Positions 17,788 through 24,694 of a DNA stretch of 64,000 bases are shown here, piece after piece. The stretch is from Candidatus Pacearchaeota archaeon (GTDB lineage Archaea; Nanobdellota; Nanobdellia; Pacearchaeales; GW2011-AR1). The stretch lies in the NCBI GenBank assembly GCA_016866975.1, contig VGKP01000002.1:18866-82865 (forward strand), given 5' to 3'. Position 1 is the stretch's first letter; each line of letters starts with the position of its first letter. The notes beneath the pieces are model-generated. The model saw only the letters and a list, made by a program, of their open reading frames with translations, was not told where the DNA came from and made no database searches. A program made the translations under genes and the position numbers.

Positions 17788-17899
17788 CTAAAACTCCAGC
17801 TTTTAAGCTGGAGTTGTTCCTTGAGCATCCAAAAAACGAGCGCCTGCATCAAACTGCGGCTTTTAAGCCGCAGTGGCGCATCGTTTTTTTGATTTTATT
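17770..17899 (+). repeat. Nested-hairpin repeat, copy B (short form)
   Basis: Identical to copy A over about 130 nt, including the TTATGTC left junction and the TTTTTTTGATTTTATT right end. Confidence 0.85.
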
Positions 17900-18028
17900 T
17901 TGATCTTGTGTCTGTGTTTTTTCCACCAATTTAGGACTAGAATCATTTTGTATATTGATCGAGAATAGGAAAACAGCTAAAATTACAAGTAATAAGCTCA
18001 ATCCAATAATGTAAAAGGTCTTTTTCAT
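17849..18028 (-). CDS. Possible small signal/TM peptide (59 aa) whose C-terminus is encoded by repeat copy B
   Basis: MKKTFYIIGLSLLLVILAVFLFS.. then ..NKIKKTMRHCGLKAAV, the same repeat-encoded tail as the HAD pseudo-ORF. Below the ORF-track cutoff. Uncertain. Confidence 0.3.
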   Translation of the reverse strand: MKKTFYIIGLSLLLVILAVFLFSINIQNDSSPKLVEKTQTQDQNKIKKTMRHCGLKAAV

Positions 18029-18406
18029 AAGAAATAGTAAACAATATCTATTATAAACTTGTCGGAATTCAAATATATGTTAATTTCATAATATCTTGCT
18101 CAATCTGAGATTATTGTGCCGCAAATTGTGTGATTACCTCTAAGTTTGTTGTTTAAAGGATTCGCTGAAAATACTATTAAAGCCGAAATAGTAATAACTA
18201 GGTAAAAAGTGTATATACAAGCCAAAGATTTTCAATTGTTCAAATTATCTATTTTATTTAGAAATATCTAAAGTAAGGTATATTTTTTATTAGTCAAGAG
18301 CTATTACCGTTTTTTAAAGAATCAATATCATTAAGAAATTATCTTCTGCTATCTATAACATTAAATACTGCTCTTACAAATTCCTCTTTTACACAAAGAG
18401 GGAAAT

Positions 18407-20212
18407 ATGGAACCAGAAATTATAATTCGAGAGTCATTTTCGGATGAAAGTGACGAGTTTTTTGATAAGATAGAGAAGAAAAACTTTGATTCCAAGGAGA
18501 TAATGGAACTTAAGATTGAAGCAGAGGAAGTATCTCAGGACAATGAGATTAAGGAGCTTTTGTCTTATGAGTCTATAAAGAAATCTCTTGAATATGACCT
18601 TCCTCATCAAAGGGAAGGCGCTCTTAAGATATTGAGAGATCTTAACGGCTCAGGCTTGCTTGCTGACGAAGTAGGTCTTGGAAAGACAGTGACGGCCGGC
18701 ATCGCATTGAGGGAATGTATAGAACGCGGACTAGTGAAGAACACTCTTATCCTGACTCCTCCCTCATTAGTAGATCAATGGGTTGCAGAGCTTAAGGAAA
18801 AATTTAATCTTGACTTCAAAATCATTGAAAAAGAAGAAGACTGGGGCACTTCACCATTTGTCATTGCTTCTCTTGATAGGGTGAAGATACAATACAAAGA
18901 TACTCAGATTTTCAAACATGACCGGGCACATAATATCTCCTGGGACCTGTTGATTGTGGATGAGGCTCACAAATTGAAGGATAAGAATACAGTAAGATGG
19001 GAGTTTGTCGATAAATTGAAGAAAAAGAGGTTTCTGATACTTACAGCTACACCTTTTCAGAATGACTTGTTCGAGTTGTACAATCTTCTAAACCTTCTGA
19101 AGAGGGGCCATCTTGGAACTATCCAGGAATTTAAGAAGCAATTCCTTCATAGAGGAAATAAAAGGCACCCTCTTAACCCCAATGACCTTAAGAGAAGACT
19201 TGACGAGGTAATGGTGAGAAGGAGAAGAGATCAAACAAAAGTAAGTTACAGGAAAAGAATACCTAAGATAGTACCTGTAGAACTTTCTCAGGAAGAGTAT
19301 AGGATATATGATTCCATCTGCGATCTTCTCAAGACAAAGTATCTCTCTGCAAATGGAAATGAGATAAATGGGAGACTGGTGATTTTTGCTATCTTGCCAA
19401 AAATAACTAGCTCATCTCGATCAGCAATGGAGTCGCTTAAGAAGATAGTGGATGATCAGAAATACCATCAGACAACAAGAGAGATAGCATCAAGAATACT
19501 CTCTGATTATAGAATGGTGAAGAAAGATTCAAAGATAGAGAAACTGGTTGAATTGGTTGGGAATATCCTTAAAGAAGAGAAAGATGCCAAGATGTTGATA
19601 TATACAAAACACCCCACTACATTAAGGTATATAGTTGAGAAACTTCAGCCTTTCAATTTAAAGATAGTTGAGTATCTTGGCGGGCTTGATAGAGAGGAGA
19701 AGTCAGAGATTGTAAAGAAGTTCAAAGAAGAGGCTCAGATAATGTTAAGCACAGAGACAGGCTCAGAAGGTCTAAATTTCCAGTTCTGCCATATCCTTAT
19801 CAATTATGATCTTCCATGGAATCCAATGGCTGTAGAGCAGAGGATTGGTCGTTTGGACAGGATTGGGCAGAAAAGCGATATGCAGATATACAGTCTCGCT
19901 ACAAAAAAGACTATTGAGGAGCATGTGGTAGATCTTATAATAAACAAGATGTGTTGCATAGGTCTTGTCATAGGAGAATTACCAATCATATTATTCAATC
20001 TGGGCCTAGATGAGCGCGGGACCGGCGGTGTGAATAAGATAGAAGAGATGCTTATGAATGCCTTTATTGATTCGAAGAATAATCTTGATATTTTTGCATC
20101 CGAGGTCGAAAAAATTGCCGAAATGTTGGAGAAAGGCATGGAAGATTACAAAAAGGCTAAGACTGCCACAATGGAGGTATTGGACAAGAATGAAGGAACT
20201 GGCGGAGCTTAA
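18407..20212 (+). CDS. SNF2/Swi2 family ATPase (helicase core only, 601 aa)
   Basis: Motifs LLADEVGLGKTVTAG (I), LLIVDEAHKLK (II), LILTATPFQNDLFELYNLL (III), STETGSEGLNFQ, NPMAVEQRIGRLDRIGQ (VI). Confidence 0.9.
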   Translation: MEPEIIIRESFSDESDEFFDKIEKKNFDSKEIMELKIEAEEVSQDNEIKELLSYESIKKSLEYDLPHQREGALKILRDLNGSGLLADEVGLGKTVTAGIALRECIERGLVKNTLILTPPSLVDQWVAELKEKFNLDFKIIEKEEDWGTSPFVIASLDRVKIQYKDTQIFKHDRAHNISWDLLIVDEAHKLKDKNTVRWEFVDKLKKKRFLILTATPFQNDLFELYNLLNLLKRGHLGTIQEFKKQFLHRGNKRHPLNPNDLKRRLDEVMVRRRRDQTKVSYRKRIPKIVPVELSQEEYRIYDSICDLLKTKYLSANGNEINGRLVIFAILPKITSSSRSAMESLKKIVDDQKYHQTTREIASRILSDYRMVKKDSKIEKLVELVGNILKEEKDAKMLIYTKHPTTLRYIVEKLQPFNLKIVEYLGGLDREEKSEIVKKFKEEAQIMLSTETGSEGLNFQFCHILINYDLPWNPMAVEQRIGRLDRIGQKSDMQIYSLATKKTIEEHVVDLIINKMCCIGLVIGELPIILFNLGLDERGTGGVNKIEEMLMNAFIDSKNNLDIFASEVEKIAEMLEKGMEDYKKAKTATMEVLDKNEGTGGA

Positions 20213-21461
20213 GGAATTCACGGCGAATTTTTTCAAGAATCTCGGCGCAAAGACTATATGGGAAGGGCAGATGCTCAGGGTAGATAAGGTACCAAAGGAT
20301 TTCGAGGATTTTTTCGGGAAGAAATCTCCTCTGAAGTTGGTCTTCGATAGGTCTGAGGAAGGTAAGGACACAGAACTTATCGCTAAGGGAAGCTTTTTGC
20401 TTAAGGCAATAGCTCTTTATCTCGAGAATAAAGGGCAAACGACTCTACTGAAATTAAGGGTTATGGATCCAAAAGAGCTTCTTAAGCACAAGGTTGTTTT
20501 CAATGATTGCGATATTTTTTCATTTGAAAAGAAACACAGCTATAAGACTATGGTCAGGTTCACTTTCCTTACTACATTCCAGTATCTTAATGAGAAAGAA
20601 CAGAAGATGATATCGATATATCTAGAGGAAGGTAAGCCAGTAACTTTCGATGAGAAAAGGTTCCAGTTTGAGGAAGGAAGAAAGGAAGATATAGAGATAT
20701 CTGGCATAAAGGAGAATTATTCAACATCTAAGGTTATTTTGAAAGAGCTTCTTAAGCCGCAGGTTGCAGATATAGGAACTAATTTGAAGTCTAAATTATC
20801 TAGGGAATTACAGAGGATAGATTCACACTATAAAAGACAAGAGGAGGAGATCGACAAACAAGTGCAATCATTAAACACGCAATTGAAAGAGCTTGAAGAT
20901 CCAAATAGCAAGGTCGACAAAAAGAATGCTGAGTTAAAATTAAAGAGAATCAATGAACAGTTGCAAAAAATAACTGAAGAAGATAAAAAGTCCAAGTTGA
21001 AAAAGGAAAAAGATTTCCTTCTTAATGATGAGGTCCAGAAGCACGGGCTCAATATGGATACCAAGCTTTTGAATACTACGGTGATATATTATCCAGTTTA
21101 CGAATGCAGGATGCTATTGAAAAATAACGAGGTCATTGGGAAGCCCTTAGATTTTTTATACGACTCAAAGGAGAGTAGCTTTACCTCTATAAATTGCGAA
21201 TCATGCAAGGAGTCTCTCTCTTCTCTGAAATTATGTTCATCCGGACATGTAATCTGCAAATCTTGCATTCTTCCATGCAAGGGTTGTACACAGGGATCCT
21301 GCAAGATATGCCAGTTCAGGAGATGTAATAGATGCGAGAGAGAATATTGCAAAAGATGTACTAAGAAGTGCAGCCGGTGCTTCAAGGAGTTCTGTAAGAC
21401 CCACGTCATTCCAACGAGCCCAACTAAGGTTTTATGTTTGGGATGCTCAGGGAATTTTTAA
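20190..21461 (+). CDS. SNF2-associated protein: YqhG-like N-terminal domain, coiled coil, C-terminal multi-CxxC zinc-ribbon cluster
   Basis: Start moved to the ATG at 20190 (MKELAELKEF..), overlapping the SNF2 stop by 23 nt. Lys/Glu-rich coiled coil (res about 210-300). C-terminal CESC..CSSGHVICKSC..CKGC..CKIC..CNRCEREYCKRC..CSRC..CLGC. Confidence 0.7.
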   Translation: MKELAELKEFTANFFKNLGAKTIWEGQMLRVDKVPKDFEDFFGKKSPLKLVFDRSEEGKDTELIAKGSFLLKAIALYLENKGQTTLLKLRVMDPKELLKHKVVFNDCDIFSFEKKHSYKTMVRFTFLTTFQYLNEKEQKMISIYLEEGKPVTFDEKRFQFEEGRKEDIEISGIKENYSTSKVILKELLKPQVADIGTNLKSKLSRELQRIDSHYKRQEEEIDKQVQSLNTQLKELEDPNSKVDKKNAELKLKRINEQLQKITEEDKKSKLKKEKDFLLNDEVQKHGLNMDTKLLNTTVIYYPVYECRMLLKNNEVIGKPLDFLYDSKESSFTSINCESCKESLSSLKLCSSGHVICKSCILPCKGCTQGSCKICQFRRCNRCEREYCKRCTKKCSRCFKEFCKTHVIPTSPTKVLCLGCSGNF

Positions 21462-21466
21462 AGTCT

Positions 21467-21811
21467 TTATGTCAAGGAACTTGACTAAAACTCCAGCTTT
21501 TAAGCTGGAGTTGTTCCTTGAGCATCCAAACCTCAAGAATCGAAGATTCTTGATGGCATCCAAGAACAATGTTCTTGGTGAAACGAGCGCCTGCATCAAA
21601 CTGCGGCTCATCAGGAATCTAAGATTCTTGAATGCCATCGAGGATTAACATCCTCGAGGTTTAAGCCGCAGTGGCGCATCGTTTTTTTGATATTATTTCG
21701 GGAACCGAAGAAAACCAAACCTCCTCAGGAATCTAAGATTCTTGAATGCCATCGAGGATTAACATCCTCGAGGTTTAAGTCGCAGTGGCGGATTGTTTTT
21801 TTGATTGTAAT
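21467..21811 (+). repeat. Nested-hairpin repeat, copy C (composite: long form 21467-21697 plus partial second unit 21698-21811, carrying three inserted double-hairpin modules)
   Basis: Same ends as A/B. 50-nt module at 21531-21580 between the two hairpins. 52-nt module at 21608-21659 inside the loop of hairpin 2. Near-identical 52-nt module again at 21722-21773. Confidence 0.85.
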
Positions 21812-21856
21812 AATTTAACTAGAAATATTTTTAAATGTCATTCAAAGGCAAAAACC

Positions 21857-22720
21857 ATGGATAACACTAGTACAGAAAATCCTGTGAAAATAATCAATCA
21901 GATAATTACAAACACAGATATTTTCGTCTTTAGTTACAATCCTCAAACAAAACTCTATACATATTCTCGCCCATTCACACTCCAAGAAGCCACATTACTG
22001 GCAACAGACACAAATACATTCATCAAAAATAACTATGCCTCTGCTAAGGGTCTTCAAGGAAGCCTCGATGTAGATCCAGTCACAGCAGAGATTTATAATA
22101 TTAGTACACTCAAAGGCATTTTAGTAAATCAAGTATTAACGGACAAAACGAAAGAAACCAACAATCCTCAAAGACTTCCAACAATTCAGGAAGGAATTCA
22201 GCATTATAATGCAGGCCTACTGAATGCAAACGCACTGTGTAAAGATATTCTAGTCGACCACGGCATTGCCGTCTACAGTGATGACAATCCAGATCAAGAA
22301 GTTGCACAAGCACTAATAGAGACTTCGAGAACTGCTGTCCTCAACAGTGCAGAACAAGAAATAAACGTCTTGCCTTTAGTGGCATCATTTTCTTCTCTAG
22401 GATTGCGCCCAGGTGGAAAGTGTTATGGAGTACTTCCAGTTATAGTTTCCTCTAAAGGATTGATTTACGGAGAGAAAGCGCAAGATTTCTTAAACGATAA
22501 TAACTTCATTCAGGATATTAATGGCGTTCACGGGGTGGTCTGGGACTACTACGACAGTTGGTGCGCCAGCTGGGACGATAACTTGAACATTTTCTACAGT
22601 AATTGCAGGTTGGGGAGACTTATTGCCGAAGGCAGCGCAGAAATATTAGAAGATGAAATACGCAGTATTTTTGCTCCCACTCGTTGGAGCCTTGATGCAA
22701 TTCTCCTAGCAAGGGAATAA
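21857..22720 (+). CDS. Hypothetical protein (287 aa)
   Basis: Start moved to the first ATG outside repeat C (MDNTSTENP..). No motif recognised. By eye less AT-rich than its neighbours. Confidence 0.55.
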   Translation: MDNTSTENPVKIINQIITNTDIFVFSYNPQTKLYTYSRPFTLQEATLLATDTNTFIKNNYASAKGLQGSLDVDPVTAEIYNISTLKGILVNQVLTDKTKETNNPQRLPTIQEGIQHYNAGLLNANALCKDILVDHGIAVYSDDNPDQEVAQALIETSRTAVLNSAEQEINVLPLVASFSSLGLRPGGKCYGVLPVIVSSKGLIYGEKAQDFLNDNNFIQDINGVHGVVWDYYDSWCASWDDNLNIFYSNCRLGRLIAEGSAEILEDEIRSIFAPTRWSLDAILLARE

Positions 22721-22927
22721 CTATAATTTCGCAGGATTCAAGAATTGGTATCACTTCATTTTGCTTCGATAACGCGATATTATAAAAATGAGAAGAAAAA
22801 TAGAGCAATTTGTTCATAGTAAAATTTAGTATCGAGGTATGATAATGCGTTTCCAGGATCGCAGTTATTAAGAGCTCGCTCATGAGAAATATAACAAATC
22901 AAAATAACTAAGGAAAACTTGTTTTAG

Positions 22928-23134
22928 TTATTTCTTCTTCTCTTCACTTTGAGTCGGTATCTTTACGCCAAGGGCTTCTAATTCCTTTATATGCGCTCCA
23001 ATAAGGCTCTCAGTTATTTGGACAATCCTGAAGAGCTCATTTCTTTCAGCGACAAGGGTGTTCAATGCACCTTTGTGAAAGCCGATAAGTTCATCTTTTG
23101 ATGGTTCAGGTTGTGTTTGTGCTTGTTCTGCCAT
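22928..23134 (-). CDS. Hypothetical small coiled-coil protein (68 aa)
   Basis: Clean ORF, helical heptad pattern, Lys-rich tail. A 10-bp hairpin AAATAACTAA/TTAGTTATTT (22902-22933) spans its stop. Confidence 0.5.
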   Translation of the reverse strand: MAEQAQTQPEPSKDELIGFHKGALNTLVAERNELFRIVQITESLIGAHIKELEALGVKIPTQSEEKKK

Positions 23135-23183
23135 ATAATTGCATGGAAGAAGCTTATTTAAAGCTTCTTTTCCGTGCTTGTTA

Positions 23184-23429
23184 ATGTCTGAAATAACTGT
23201 TTATGTCAAGTCAGGTTGTCCATTTTGTATAAAGCTTAAGGACCTCTTGAGAAAGAATAAGATTTCTTTTACCGAGATAAATGTCTTAGAAGACGAAGAA
23301 GGAGCAAAAGGGGCAGTGCAGAAGGACGGCAGGATACCCGTGCCTCAAGTAGACATAAAAGGAAGGGTTATATACGATTACTCTACAGAGGAAAATCTTG
23401 TCAAAGAGATGAAAGGCCTTTTAGACTGA
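23184..23429 (+). CDS. Glutaredoxin/NrdH-like thiol-disulfide oxidoreductase
   Basis: ITVYVKSGCPFCIKLKDLL (CPFC active site), later PVPQV..G motif. 81 aa from the ATG at 23184. Confidence 0.8.
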   Translation: MSEITVYVKSGCPFCIKLKDLLRKNKISFTEINVLEDEEGAKGAVQKDGRIPVPQVDIKGRVIYDYSTEENLVKEMKGLLD

Positions 23430-23867
23430 TTACTTTCTACCTTTAAGGAATAATGCAAAAGAAACAAGCATTCCTATAAATGTTACAGATTGCAGAATTA
23501 TTATCTCGTTAAGTGCAAATAAATACCAGCTTGATGGCTTGAATATTATTGACAGGCTCCAGGATATGGATATTCCGAGGACAATGAAATTTATCCAAGA
23601 TGCATATGTGATGAGTTGGTTTCTTTTACCATGATTATTGAAATGTTTGATTGCCATAAATAGATAGATAGCGCTAAGGACAAACAAGAATGGAATTAGA
23701 AGTGCGCCTATGTTGAAAATAACTTCATTCCCCTGACTTATACCTTTGAATATTGATGACAATGTATTTGAGAATCCCATTACCGAATATACTCCTATCA
23801 TCACATATAATGAAAGAAGTGCGATGAGCGATATCGAGGCTATATTGACCTTTTCAGGAAGTTCCAT
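23430..23867 (-). CDS. Hypothetical integral membrane protein
   Basis: Four hydrophobic helices. Start set at MELPEKVN (23867) rather than the upstream in-frame ATG. Confidence 0.55.
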   Translation of the reverse strand: MELPEKVNIASISLIALLSLYVMIGVYSVMGFSNTLSSIFKGISQGNEVIFNIGALLIPFLFVLSAIYLFMAIKHFNNHGKRNQLITYASWINFIVLGISISWSLSIIFKPSSWYLFALNEIIILQSVTFIGMLVSFALFLKGRK

Positions 23868-23948
23868 ATAACAATAACCTAAAAGAAATATAAAAACCTT
23901 CTCATGCAGATGCAAAAAGCTTATGTACCTCATTTTACAATCATTGAT

Positions 23949-24227
23949 ATGAATATCGGCGAGATACAGCAGAATATGTCTCAACTTAAGAACTGGGCAT
24001 TAGAAGGCAGCTCAATAGTGAAAGATTATTCATTTAATGATTTCAAGCAAGCCCTTAATTTTGTCAACAAGGTAGGAGATATAGCTGAGAAGAACAATCA
24101 TCATCCATCTATAATCTTAGACTATAACTTCGTGCACATTACTCTTTCTACACATTCAGAGCATACACTGACAGATAAAGATTTCATTGTTGCAAAGGAG
24201 ATAGATATTTTAGATGGAACTTCTTAA
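23949..24227 (+). CDS. Pterin-4-alpha-carbinolamine dehydratase (PCD/DCoH family)
   Basis: W..EG..I.K.Y.F.DF..AL.FVNKVGDIAEKNNHHPSI...YN.V.I.LSTH....LTDKDF..A motif set. Confidence 0.8.
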   Translation: MNIGEIQQNMSQLKNWALEGSSIVKDYSFNDFKQALNFVNKVGDIAEKNNHHPSIILDYNFVHITLSTHSEHTLTDKDFIVAKEIDILDGTS

Positions 24228-24486
24228 TGTATTTCTCTCTATTTTTTTATTGCTTCTATCAGCCCCAATAGGATTTATTATAGCGTGGCTCGCCCGTGAT
24301 GAACTCATTATAGGAAGAAAGTGGTTTATTGCAATCATACTTACTTCAATTTTATCTACAATCATTTTCCTCTTTTTTGATATGGTCGCGTCACTTTCAT
24401 CTTTTTTTATCTTCATCGTATCATTGATCTCATGGATCAAGAGTTTTGACAAGAGATGGACTAAGAAAAGCATAACAAGAACGTAG
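24214..24486 (+). CDS. Hypothetical small membrane protein (90 aa)
   Basis: Three hydrophobic helices. Overlaps the PCD stop by 14 nt. Confidence 0.45.
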   Translation: MELLNVFLSIFLLLLSAPIGFIIAWLARDELIIGRKWFIAIILTSILSTIIFLFFDMVASLSSFFIFIVSLISWIKSFDKRWTKKSITRT

Positions 24487-24500
24487 TTTCTGACATCCCA

Positions 24501-24512
24501 AAGTTTAAATAA
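24501..24512 (+). promoter_or_regulatory. BRE/TATA-like box (AAGTTTAAATAA) upstream of an 18-codon Ile-rich mini-ORF
   Basis: Consensus box 29 nt upstream of the ATG at 24533. See the finding on the mini-ORF 24533-24589. Confidence 0.4.
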
Positions 24513-24694
24513 TTGGTTTATTCTATTGTATCATGGCAATGCAAAAGAACTCGAAAGGTACTTTTTCTAGCATAGCCATTACCATTTAATAACTCGTCTT
24601 ATCCTAGACGTATCAATTTTCAACATGACTTACAAAAAAATAACTTTCTTTATGCAGACTAAAAATATAAAAGCAGATATTGCGGGTAGTGGAT

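Noticed and set aside
15827-18028. Shared 13-aa C-terminal peptide KKTMRHCGLKAAV in two unrelated minus-strand ORFs as a possible conserved domain
   Set aside because: The peptide is simply the antisense translation of the identical repeat copies A and B up to their first stop. It is not evidence of a protein domain.
20058-20189. Upstream extension of the Zn-ribbon partner ORF (track start at 20058)
   Set aside because: The extension lies entirely inside the SNF2 coding region in another frame and encodes Arg/Trp/Lys-rich nonsense (MPLLIRRIILIFLHPRSKK..). The ATG at 20190 begins the conserved-looking sequence.
17524-21811. Integron-like arrangement (integrase, then cassette followed by a folded attC-like site)
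   Set aside because: The folded-hairpin-with-bulge design is reminiscent of attC. However, the stems do not fit RYYYAAC/GTTRRRY, and the second unit lacks AAC/GTT altogether. Copies are scattered among housekeeping genes rather than forming a cassette array. Only a non-catalytic integrase fragment is present. Kept only as a remote analogy.
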